A DNA stretch of 64,000 nucleotides from Octopus sinensis. Its lineage: Eukaryota. The notes under the pieces are model-generated. The model did no database searches, was not told where the DNA came from, and saw only the letters and a list, made by a program, of their open reading frames with translations. Numbering within the stretch: the stretch's first letter is position 1; each line of letters begins with the position of its first letter. The stretch covers positions 113,026,001-113,090,000 of the forward strand of contig NC_043001.1 of NCBI RefSeq assembly GCF_006345805.1. Reading direction: 5' to 3'. Positions 1 to 12,042 of this stretch are shown here, one piece after another. The position numbers were made by a program, and so were the translations under genes.

Positions 1-431
1 AAAACGACCGAGGAGTCGCCGGCTGCCAAAACAGACACTCCGAGGATTTTCACCAGAGCCCCGTCTGCCAGGTTGTGGCCCTAATACCACTGGGTGTCAG
101 ACCAATCCGCCTTGGGTGGCCCTACCAGGAACTGAAGTTCCTGACGGCATAGCTCTGACACTACCCGTTGCCAGCGTCCCCACCATGGTGAGGAGGAGAT
201 GGATCCCTAGTATAAAACTACCTCACTTTTTCTACTGTAGCTCCATCCAATCAAAGGTGATCTTAGTTTTGCAGGCTGCACAGTGACCTCACTAGTACTG
301 GTGCCACGAGAAATACTCAGTACATACTGTAAAATAGTTGACTTTAGGAAGGGCATCCTGTTGCAGAAACCTTACTAAAGCAGTCACTGGAGTATGATGC
401 AGTGTTTGAACCTGTTGGATACTGTCAGACC

Positions 432-661
432 TATTTCTTTATTACCCACAAGGGGCTAAACATAGAGGGGACAAACAAGGACAGACATAGGTATTAAGTC
501 GATTACATCGACCCCAGTGCGTAACTGGTACTTAATTTATCGACCCCGAAAGGATGAAAGGCAAAGTCGACCTCGGCAGAATTTGAACTCACAACGTAAC
601 GACAGACGAAATGCCGTTAGCATTTCGCCCGGCGCGCTAACGTTTCTGCCAGCTCGCCGCC
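432..661 (-). mobile_element. SINE family B1 (tRNA-like head, Meta/MESC-like central domain) with 9-bp TSD, nested in an old family-D copy
   Basis: Reverse complement of ggcggcgagctggcagaaacg..gagttcaaattc..gactttgcctttcatcctttcggggtcgataaattaagtacc..taataaagaaata; TGTCAGACC at 423-431 and 667-675. Confidence 0.9.
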
Positions 662-936
662 TTTTGTGTCAGACCATCCAACCCATACTAAAGCATGACT
701 TTAAAATGATGATGACAATAGCTGATTGTCAAATAAGCATATAATGAAAAGCATTTCATTCCTGACCATCCTGGTTTTTTCAGACATTCATTATCCAGTG
801 TGACTTCCCTTTTTAAGAAGATAAGATGTGATTTGAATGACAAGATGTAGCTGTTATTTCTTTCAACTACATGATACTCTCTCTTTGGAGTGATGTCAGC
901 TGTGTTCCTATTAATACCAGTCAGTTTCTCAAACCT

Positions 937-1357
937 TACTCTTACTCTTTTACTCTTTTACTTGTTTCAGTCATTTGACTGTGGCCATGCTGGAGCACCG
1001 CCTTTAGTCGAGCAAATTGACCCCGGGACTTATTCTTTGTAAGCCCAGTACTTATTCTATCGGTCTCTTTTGCCGAACCGCTATGTGATGGGGACGTAAA
1101 CACACCAGCATCGGTTGTCAAGCAATGCTAGGGGGACAAACACAGACACACAAAGATATACACACACACTTATATATATATATATACATATATACGACAG
1201 GCTTCTTTCAGTTTCCGTCTACCAAATTCACTCACAAGGCATTGGTCAGCCCGGGGCTATAGCAGAAGACACTTGCCGAAGATGCCACGCAGTGGGACTG
1301 AACCCGGAACCATGTGGTTGGTAAGCAAGCTACTTACCACTCAGCCACTCCTGCGCC
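937..1357 (-). mobile_element. SINE family A (tRNA-like head, CORE-like box, central (TA)n/(TG)n, AAAAGAGT-repeat tail)
   Basis: Reverse complement of ggcgcaggagtggctg..ggtaagtagc (A box)..ggttcagtccc (B box)..cttcggcaagtgtctt..gtcaaatgactgaaacaagtaaaagagt; many near-identical copies in the window. Confidence 0.9.
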
Positions 1358-1612
1358 TATTTTGTTTTTCAGCAGTACTGTGACTATGTAGTGTCATCCA
1401 TTGGCTCTTAGTGTGAAGACTACTTATTTTGCACTGCTATGCACTGGTTATTAGTGTGAACAGTTGTTGCATAATACCATTCACTGGCTACTAGACTTTA
1501 CTTTTATAGTCACTTTGTAGGAAATTTGAAAGTGTTCATTAAAAATGGTAATTATTGAGGAATGATTATATTTTTTTTTTGTTCGTTTTCTCATTACGTC
1601 ATTTGCTGTTTG

Positions 1613-1654
<42 letters not shown>

Positions 1655-1892
1655 ATGTCTGTCTATGTATGCATATATCAATATTTCATTTCTACATTGT
1701 AATGAAACAAAAGTCGCACGAAAGAAAGCAGTAAAAAATAATATAAAATTAAGTTTCTTTTTTTTTTTTCTTACTTCATTAAAACTTTTGGAAATGTATC
1801 AAAATGTATCAATAATATTGAATAATGCCTTAAGAGAGCAGGAAAAAAAAGGAAGATTGAGAAACAAAACTTCTTCTTAAAAAAAAAATCAT

Positions 1893-2057
1893 GGCGCAGG
1901 AGTGGCTGCGTGGTAAGTAGATTGCTTACCAACCACATGGTTCTGGGTTCAGTCCCATTGCGTGGCATCTTGGGCAAGTGTCTTCTGCTATAGCCCCGGG
2001 CCGACCAATGCCTTGTGAGTGGATTTGGTAGACGGAAACTGAGAGAAGCCTGTCGTA

Positions 2058-2095
<38 letters not shown>

Positions 2096-2302
2096 GTGTG
2101 TGTGTGTTTGTGTGTCTGTGTTTGTTCCCCCTAGCATTGCTTGACAACCGATGCTGGTGTGTTTACGTCCCCATCACTTAGCGGTTCGGCAAAAGAGACC
2201 GATAGTACTGGGCTTACAAAGAATAAGTCCCGGGGTTAATTTGCTCGACTAAAGGTGGTGCTCTAGCATGGCCGCAGTCAAATGACTGAAACAAGTAAAA
2301 GA
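1893..2302 (+). mobile_element. SINE family A
   Basis: Full-length match to the family, head to tail. Confidence 0.9.
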
Positions 2303-4006
2303 CAGAAAGAGAGATGTATTGTTCCTCTTATTTATTTCTTGACGAAGGGAAGAGCTGCTTAACATTTTCTACCTGTATGGTAAGCTGCCGTTCGCATGTG
2401 CTTGTTATGTTCAAACATTACCAGAGTCGACTGTTTACAGAACCGGATGCCTATCTTAATTAATGTAACTAACCCACATTGAATCACTGAGTGGAAATAA
2501 GACACTTAAACACAAGGAATTAAATGTAATACTCGTGAATATATCGCAGTGTCTGTTGTAGGTTTTGAAACCCAATCAACTCATTAGCAATAAACTATAA
2601 ATTCATTTATGCATCGCATCATATCTTCATCTGTGTTATAATAGAATATAAAGGTTATATGCACAATGTCTTCCTCTCTGTATGGTAGAATATAAAGGTT
2701 ATTAGATGTTGAATCTTTATTCTTACCTCTTACATCTGAAATATATTTTTTCTATTCCACTATAAGCTATATTGACACCATTTCCACCACCTTCAGTTTA
2801 TTACTATACAAGTACTTTTGCCATTACAATGACCTAACATAGATAATATAACTGCTACCACTGTGACTGTATCCATTAACTGTTCCAACGCTGCTTCTCT
2901 CTGAAGACCAATACAAATAACATCCAAAACTAACACCGCTATCTCTATTCTCCTGCTATATCATCCCACAGTAGTTACAGAATGATTTCGGATTTACTAC
3001 AACAGTGGTAATGCTAGAGGTCATCATTTTACCCAACATATTCTCAATAATGATAATGTGAGCCGAACACTACACATGCAACATACACATCTTATTTTTT
3101 AAGACTTGGGCAACATTCCAAGTTTCTAAGATAAAGGAAATTTCCAATTCCTGTTTCCCCATTCAGATGTTACTTGCCGGCGCCATATTAAATGTATTTT
3201 TGGTAAAATTACATTCTCCCTATCTTTCCTTCTTTCTCTCTATCCTTCTATGCCCCTCTCTCTCTCTCTTTTGCATACACACACACACAAACTTACACGT
3301 TCATACACACATACATACGCAGACACTTTACTCTTGATTTACCATTCCGAAAGTCTGTTTATTTAAGATTATTGGCAGATGTTTATTTGTGAAGTGGGTA
3401 CTGGTACCTATTTTCCAGCTGGGTGGACTGACTTTTTAAGCATCTTAGAGTAAAAAATTTTTTTTTGTTTTTTTTTTTCCTATTGCCCAGAGCAGAGACA
3501 CAATGCAATGCTCAGGTTAGGACTTGAAACAAATATAGACTTGGAACAAAGTCCAGCCCTCTTGTATATTTATATATGTGTGGGAGTGGTAGTTATCCCA
3601 CATATACATATATAATGGGTGTGTATATGCATGTAGGAATGGTAAAAATATCACACAAACACATATAGTGAATGCATATGTGAGAGTAGTAGCCATTCCA
3701 AACTTATGCAGGAATTACAACCGTGTTTCATGGTCTGCTACCACAACAGCTCCTTTATAGGATCCAGTTAGCTCAAGACATCATCAGGAGGAACCACGTC
3801 TGGTTTCGGCCCCTACTCCTCTACCGTTTTGACGTGGCGGGGTCCCCCCTTTCGGAGGTGTCTTCAGCTCTGGTGTTGGGTACATGTCTTCTTTCTTCTT
3901 CTTTCTTCTGTTCCCTGGCCTCTTCGATGTATCGATGTATCGATGTATCGCCAGCAAGTGTCAGCTGGTGACTGACTGTCTTGTCAAATTTCTCCCTTTA
4001 AATACC

Positions 4007-4237
4007 TATTTCTTTATTACCCACAAGGGGCTAAACATAGAGGGGACAAACAAGGACAGACATAGGTATTAAGTCGATTACACCGACCCCAGTGCGTAAC
4101 TGGTACTTAATTTATCGACCCCGAAAGGATAAACGGCAAAGTCGACCTTGGCGGAGTTTGAACTCAGAACGTAACGACAGACGAAATACCGCTAAGCATT
4201 TCGCCCGGCGCGCTAACGTTTCTGCAAGCTCGCTGCC
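4007..4237 (-). mobile_element. SINE family B1 with 11-bp TSD
   Basis: Full-length; CTTTAAATACC at 3996-4006 and 4246-4256, plus an extra TTAAATAC at 4238-4245. Confidence 0.9.
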
Positions 4238-5589
4238 TTAAATACCTTTAAATACCTGCCGCATAGGCTCCAGCAGGCGGAGGTGTCTACATGTGTGGAA
4301 GTGTTAATCATCCTACACCTACATGTGTAAATTGTGGGTTTGTGTTTCTGTGGAAGTGGTTGTCATGCCAAACACTCAAGAGACTTACTGTATTCATATG
4401 TGTAATTGTATCTTAGTCTTCTTTATTGATTAGAACTGAAATGGTCAAGTAATTATAAAAAGCTGTGTTATGTTACAGGCCAGTCCATTGTCAGATACTT
4501 TCAGATAACCTATCTGAATTAAGTCAGGTATAAAGGGGGGGTGTCACACAAGGAGACTAGTGATAGGTTATTTCAGGAAGTTCATAAATTTGTCTAAGTT
4601 TTAATGTTGTATCGTTTCCCCTGCATTATAAAAACTTATATCAAAATCCACAAACTTTACTGAAGTTAATTTCCCTTTTGTCAATATTTGATTGAGCAGA
4701 ATTGAGCAGTCGTCATTAGAGTACGTGTCTGTATCAAATTTACTTCTAACAATTCACCCAAGAATGATTTGACTGACTTTGTAGACCCATCAAACCCATA
4801 GAGAAAAGATGCATAGAACAAGCAAATATTTACAAGTAAAGAAAAAAAAAGAATGAAGGGAAAAGAAAAAGAAATTACATTACAACCTCCTAAAAAAAAA
4901 AAAAGGAAAAAAACGTCCCCCAAATTTCCACTAATTTCTGCACTGGTATGACAGGTTTTTTTACTTCTCTCAACCCTTTTTTGTTGTTGAATATCACTGC
5001 CATTTAATTTGCAATCTGTCAGATCATAAGTTGTAGTTAATGGGAGAGGCAGGGTCTAAAAGCTCCCAGTAGCTTGCTATCCTGGTTTCAACCATAGAGC
5101 ATTGTTTGCTGTCAAACTCCATCCTCTATTTAATCAAGCTAAACATACTACTACTACTACTACTAGCTCCATTTATGGTTGTTGCTACTGTGTATACATT
5201 ACATACAGGGTGGTGCTGACCTTCTGATTTCAGGAAACTACTTCGATATTTAAACTACCACCACCATCACCACCACCACCACCACTGCCACCACCACTAC
5301 CATCATCACCATCACCACTACAAGTGCCATCTAGCTGCTAGCACAATACCAAATGTAAGCTAGATCAAACACCAGATTTCTTTCAAATATTCACTTTTTA
5401 TTCCCCCCCCCTTTTTTTTGTCTTGTGTTGGTCTCTCACACCTTAGGGTTGTTACTTCTGTGTAACACTCCATGAAAGGTGATGATGAACAAGTGAGGTT
5501 GGGGTGGGGATAAAAGGAATTAAGACTTTTTGAAGAGTCACTTTTGATTATTTTACCAAAAAAAAAAAAATGGAGCTATCTTTAACACT

Positions 5590-5937
5590 CAGGTGTGGCG
5601 GTGTGGTAAGAAGTTTGCTTCTCAACCACTTGGTTCCAGGTTCAATCTTACTGCATGGCACTTTCGTTGAGCGGCTTCTACTACAGCTCCAGATCAACCT
5701 AAGCCTTGTGAGTGGATTCGGTTGACGGAAACTGACTGTATCTTCGTGCTTGTGTTTGATCCCCATCACCACTTGACACCTGGTGTTGGTTTGTTTATCT
5801 CCCTGTGACTTAGTGGTTTGTCAAAAGGTGGACAATAGAAGTACTAGACTTAAAAGGGAACAAGCACTGGGGCTGATTTGTTCAAGGCAGTGCCCCAGCA
5901 TGGCCAGAGTCCAATGAGTGAAACAAGTAAAAGATAA
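5590..5937 (+). mobile_element. SINE family A, old diverged copy
   Basis: Recognisable head, gtgagtggattcggttgacggaaact core and ccccagcatggcc..gaaacaagtaaaag tail. Confidence 0.7.
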
Positions 5938-7115
5938 ATGCCAAAACGTACATTGGTTGTAGGAATGTTAATGATGGTGTTTGCAATGATGATGATGATG
6001 ATGATGATGATGTTCATGATGATAATGGCATTGGCTTGTGTAGCAGTAATTGTGGCGGTGATATTAGCGATAATATCACCCTAACAATCACGATGACGAC
6101 GATGATGATGATGATGATATAAAATAGTGGTTGATTATGATTGCTATGGACAGGCTTTGGAAAAGTGGATCCAGGTTGTAAAATCCAATCTAGAAGAATC
6201 AGATTTGACAAAGGAAACTGCCTGTTTAGAGACATTAACAGACGTTGTTAGTGCCGTGTGTGTGTCTGTGTGTCTTCAACTGTATCATTATAGATTAGGG
6301 TAAAGGGGGAATTGATGGTAGTGGTTGAGGTAATGGTACAGTGGTGGAAATGGTATAAGTAGGGGTGGTGGGGTTGGAGAATTGATGGTGTAGTGTTGGT
6401 AGTGATGGGGGTGGTGGAAGTAATGGTGTTGATGGTGGTGTGAGTGGGAGGGGATAATGGTGATAGTTGCAATGGTGTAGGCAATGGTATTGGTGGTAAT
6501 ACCATTAGTGAGATTGTCGTGAGGGTGATAACGGTATTAGTAGTGGTCCCGGGAGTAGTGACGGTGGCAAAGGTGGTAGTGGTAGTTGTGCTCTTAATTG
6601 GTGTGGATACAGTATTAGGGGTGATTGTGGCATGTGTGTGACAGTATGTATTTACCTGACAAAGTTCTAGAGTGTTGGATCACATGACAAAAGGTCAATG
6701 GTATGTAATACTACCACTGTATTATGTCCATGGCAAGGACACTTAACATTCAGTACAGCCATGTGTGTGTCTAATTCAAAATAAATGCTGTAAGATGGTA
6801 TAGAGAATTGCTACTGGCAGTAAGAACACCTGAAAATTGACAAAGTGTATTGTTCTTTGCTTGTAGTTGTCATCATCATCATTTAATCTCTTTTCCATGT
6901 TGGCATGGGTTGGATGGTTTGAGAGGGGCTGGCAAGTCAGAAGACTATGCGAAGCTCTACTGTTGGCTTTGGCATGTTTTCTATGGCTGGATGCCCTTCT
7001 TCATGCCAGCCATTTTACAGAGTGTACTGCGTGCTTTTTACATGGTACCAACTGCAGTGAGGCAACCAAATAATTCACATGACTTATGATCAAACGATTT
7101 TTTATCTTGACCATA

Positions 7116-7620
7116 TCATAATCATTTAACATCCATTGTCCATACTGGCATGGGTTGGACGGTTTGAACAGGGCTGGTAAGCTGGAAGGCTGCACCAGAC
7201 TCCAGTCTGATTTGGCATGGTTTTCTACAGCTGGATGCCCTTCCTAACACCAACCATTCTGAGAGTGTAATGGGTGCTTTTACGTGCCACTAGCATGGGT
7301 GCCATTTGCATGACACCAGTATCTGCCATGACTGTGATTTTGCTCAGCTTGATGGGTCTTCTTTTCAAGCATGACATAATGCTAAAGGTCTTGTTCATTG
7401 CTTCCATGAGGCCCAACACTTGAAAGGAACTCAGCTACTTTGCCTTCCTGAGGCCCAATGCTCAAAAGGAACTCAGCCACTTTGCCTCTGTGAAGCCCAA
7501 CACTTGAAAGGAACTCAGCTACTTTGCCTTCCTGAGGCCCAATGCTTGAAAGGTGCTCTTTATGGGCCACCAGCACAGGTGCCAGGCGCGTGACACCAGT
7601 ACCAGACATGACTATGATTT
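7116..7620 (-). mobile_element. Family D retroposon, long old copy with a 42-bp tandem array (7407-7553)
   Basis: Family hallmarks ggcatgggttggacggttt, ttctacagctggatgcccttcctaac and gggtgcttttacgtgccac. Another degraded D copy lies at ~6868-7060. Confidence 0.75.
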
Positions 7621-8460
7621 CGATTATCTTTTGTATTTTCAGAACTAGATTCTCCATTTCCATTGCCATTTTATTCAATGGCAGGGTCTAATATGATTTG
7701 AACAATTATGTATAGGTTCTTTCTTTGAATAAAGCTGAGCAAAAACTAAACTGTTTATGACAACTTCAGCCCTCAAGATTTATCCATGTTTTTGTCAACC
7801 CTGTAGTTTCTTTTTTTTTTTATTAGTACTTGGACCCAGCAATTTTTTAATCTATTTTACGTGTGACATGTATAATATTCCAGTTTGTGTATATTTGTCT
7901 CTGAGGAGTACTGATTTCAGGAAGGTGGCGGTGCTGTTTTGGAGCTCTCCTGGTGTCTATATAGTTCATTGTAGGTGATTGAGCATGTATGGTTATAAAG
8001 ATTGTATTGGCTGAACCAAATTGTAGTCCCTTGAGTGTCTAAATGGTTTTAAACTTTCATTTGAGAATATGATATTTATACATACATACATACAAACATT
8101 TGTACATACATAGGTGATTGAAAATGTGTTTATATCATGTAACAGTGACCCACTGATAGAAATCCGGTCTAGGTATAGATTTATTGTAGAAAAAGCTGCT
8201 GATGTCTGCTAATAAAAAAAGGAAGCCATGCTTGGTATGCTGGGCATGTGGGTTAAGCTGAAGCATTTTAATGGCTATAGACTTGTTGAATGAAGAAACG
8301 ATTTTAACTACACAAAGCATCAAGAACAACCATTCATTGTTCAGATCTGAAGTTGGTTTGGTGCATCTCATAGGGGGGAGGAGATGACAAAAGACCCTAT
8401 TTATCATGTCCTAAAATGGATAACAACATTGTATTGTGTATGTTGTGTGCATGTAAAGAT

Positions 8461-8739
8461 CATCATCATCATCATCATCGTTTAACGTCCGTTCTCCATG
8501 CTAGCATGGGTTGGACGGTTCAACCGGGGATCTGGGAAGCCAGAGGACTGCACCAGGCTCCGGTCTTATCTGGCAATGTTTCTACAGCTGGATGCCCTTC
8601 CTAATGCCAACCACTCCGTGAGTGTAGTGGTTGGCGTTAGGAAGGGCATCCAGCTGTAGAAACATTGCCAGATAAGACCGGAGCCTGGTGCAGCCTTCTG
8701 GCTTCCCAGATCCCCGGCCGAATCGTCCAACCCATGCTA
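8461..8739. mobile_element. Family D retroposon folded back on itself (114-bp inverted arms)
   Basis: (CAT)n, D 3' end, 10-nt loop, then an inverted copy of the same sequence; arms 8502-8615 and 8626-8739. Confidence 0.92.
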
Positions 8740-11028
8740 AAAAGATATATATATAAATATATATATATGTGTGTATATATCAGTTGAATAAAGTTAAAAC
8801 ATGGTCTGGTTTTCACGTTTTTTATTATAGTATTTTAACATTAAAAAGATATTTTGTAATACTCATAAAGTTTGATTAGCGCTTTCATACATTTGGTAGT
8901 AATAATCAGATTTCAAATATATTTAACTGACAGTTGAGTCCTTGACAACTGTAGTACCTTGTAGAACACTCCAACAAACTGAATTTATGTAATATATATA
9001 TACGCATGTATCATTTGGCATATATATACATGAGTGCATGTATGTATGTACATGTAACATCCCTCTTTCTTTTGCACTAAAGAAAAGCAATGCAGAATTA
9101 AATATGTTTATACTGAGAAATAATGATGATGAGGGTATTGATGATAATCACTTCTGTGTGGGAGTATTTGAACTCCTTACCTAACCTCTTGCTCATATCA
9201 CTCTGTTTCTCTCCATTAATACTCTCACTTCTTTCAACCTCTTACTCTCTCTTTTCACTCTTGTATATTCACTCTCTCTCATGTTTGCCTCGAATGAATG
9301 GAGATGATGTAGAAAGGTCATCACCCTTTCTACTGATGACGTTACAATAACGTGCACCCAATTCACTCTGTGAAATGATTGGTGTTCAAAGGGCATCCAG
9401 CTATAGAATCAAACTAAAAATTAAACGTGAGTGAAATCAACTCCTCTGACCTGCCTGAGTAAGCAGTGCCTCTGCATACATATGGAATCTAACTGTGATT
9501 ACCTGTTTTGCCACATGCCCTCATGGAATTTGGGTATAAAATGATGATGACAATCAAGTATATAAATATACAAATATATATAACTATATTAATATAACAC
9601 CAATGTACAACAATTCAGCTGTGTTGCTAGCCACAAATGTAAAGAATATGTACAAACTGCAAACAAACATAACAGATCGAACAAATTGAAATATGCCATC
9701 ATCAGTATCCAATTAAGGCTATGAAGTTTTGATGGGGAGGTGCCTGGCTTAGTAGTTAGGATGTTGGACTCATGGATGTAAGATTGTGGTTTCAATTCTT
9801 GGTTTGGGTGATGCATTGTGTTTTTGAGCAAAACGTTTCATTTTGCATTGCTCCAGTCCACTCTTTCATTTTCTGTCTAGCAAATCCACTCACAATTCTT
9901 TGGTTGGCCCAAAGTTATAGTAGAAAGCACTTGTCCAAGGACCCATGTGGTGAGACTGAACCCAGAGTTATGTGATTCAGAAGCAACCTTCTAACCATAA
10001 AACCACACCTTAAAAACAAAACCGAGAATTTGCCTTGTGGCTTGAGTTTCATGCCATATTCTCTACAATATTTATTGAGCACTCCTTTCTCATTTATCCT
10101 GACCACAACTCCAAAATGTTTTGCTGTGCAGAATTATAAATCAGTCCTCAATTAACTTTGTTAGGTCTTCAATTTCATGTTATATGTCTCAGCCAGTAAC
10201 AATGTAATTATGTCTGGAAGACTCCAAAATATACCATCCATTATGGCTTCTAGTTTACCACAGTAACAGTGTCCAGCATAGCCGAGCCTGAATCAATTAA
10301 CATGTAGAGTTAGATGGAGTAGGTCTATAAATCTTCTGTTTGATTTTGGACTCATGTTACACACACATTTTATGAATTATTTTTAGCGTTCATTAAAAGT
10401 AAAGAATAAATACTACTGAAATGTTCTTAAAGCTTCTTCGTAATTCAGGATTTAGGTCCATTGAGAAGAATACTTTCTGCATCATCACATGTCCTGAAGA
10501 GGGCAAGATTTGTTGATTTAGAAATACATGAATGTCAGATGTTTGTTTTATTGTGTGTGTGCATATGAGTTGGTGTCTACTTGTATGTATGTATGTATCT
10601 ATGTATATATGTATGTATATGTGTGTGTGTGTGTTAAATAAAATGAGACACCAAAACCAAGGCTGTGTGGAATTTTCAGGACATTTATAAAGAGAAAGTC
10701 TTACAGCTGTTTTTCTTGGTGGGGGGTGGGTGGTATTAGGGATATCCCTTCATCAGAGACGGATATGAGAGATTTAAATAGAGGGAAATAGTAGAGTTCA
10801 GTATGCATGTGTATGTATGTGTGTGTTTGTTTATAATTGTACGCATGTACATGTGTATATATGTATGTATATGCATGTATATATATGCATATATTTGTAT
10901 ATATGTATGATACATACATATACACATATATTCACACATATATTCACACATATATTCATATACATATTCATATATGCATACACACTTATACATATAAATA
11001 TTTATGTACACATACATATATGCATGTG

Positions 11029-11059
<31 letters not shown>

Positions 11060-11262
11060 ATGTATGTGTATATATGTATACGTGTATGTGGGCCGTTTAT
11101 ATATTATATATATAAAGTGTATACATGTGTATATTCCTAAGCACATGCACGTAGAATGAGAATTGGTAATGTATAGGAATAAGGTAGTAACATAATTTTC
11201 AGGAACTCTGCGTCCGTGAATGTATGCATGCATGTACACTTGCCTGAGAGAAGAAATTAGAG

Positions 11263-11348
<86 letters not shown>

Positions 11349-12042
11349 TATGTGAACAGTGAATGAGTGAAAACGAAAAAGAGATGTCATAATAAATTTG
11401 ATAAATAGTGAGAGAGAGGACAGAAGTGACATGATATATTTGACAAACAGTAAGAGGAAGAGTTAGAGAGGAGGGATGTAATAAATTTGATAAGTTGAGA
11501 GAGAGAGAGAGAGAAAGAGAGAGAAGTGATGGAGAGAGGGGGCGAGCCCTGGAATTATTGGAAAGATAATAAATTTGATAAAATTGGATTTGGGAATGTG
11601 AAGGATAAATTAAATTAAATGGAAAGAGATGGTAAGTGAGAAAAGTCTGAGATAGTGCATGTGTGTGGTGTGTGTGTGTGTGTGTGTGTGGTTGTTGTTG
11701 TTGTTGTTGTTGGTATGGACTGGCGTGATTTTGAGCCAGAGAAGTTTGAGAGAAGCTGAGGCAGTTAGAGGCGGTGGGGGGGGGAGGTGGAAATATCCCC
11801 GACATTAAATGGAAGGAGATTTATGATAAAGGAAAGATAGTGAAAGGGAAAATATAGGAGTTATCTGGGAAAGGAAATTATGGAATTATAGCAGAGAGGT
11901 GGACAGATAGACAAATCTGTATTGATTTGTGATTCCTGTGCATGCATGTGTGTGTGTGTGTGTGTGTTGGTGTTTTTATATGTGCATGTGTGTTCCTATA
12001 TTTATCTGTGTGGGGGTGTTTTTGTATATATATATATATATA

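Noticed and set aside
2347-2384. Possible 32-nt micro-exon ending at a good GTAAG donor (2379)
   Set aside because: The acceptor context is weak (gacgaAG) and there is no recognisable peptide.
3712-3800. Hammerhead-like CTGATGA..GAAAC..GTA on the minus strand (and CTGAGGA..GAAAC at ~24448-24475)
   Set aside because: Stem II lacks the closing pair next to the core and no stem I partner follows the putative cleavage site; it cannot be folded into a hammerhead by eye.
7407-7553. Regularly spaced repeats that might suggest a CRISPR-like array (also 56276-56440)
   Set aside because: Contiguous tandem units without unique spacers, inside a eukaryotic retroposon, with no cas genes.
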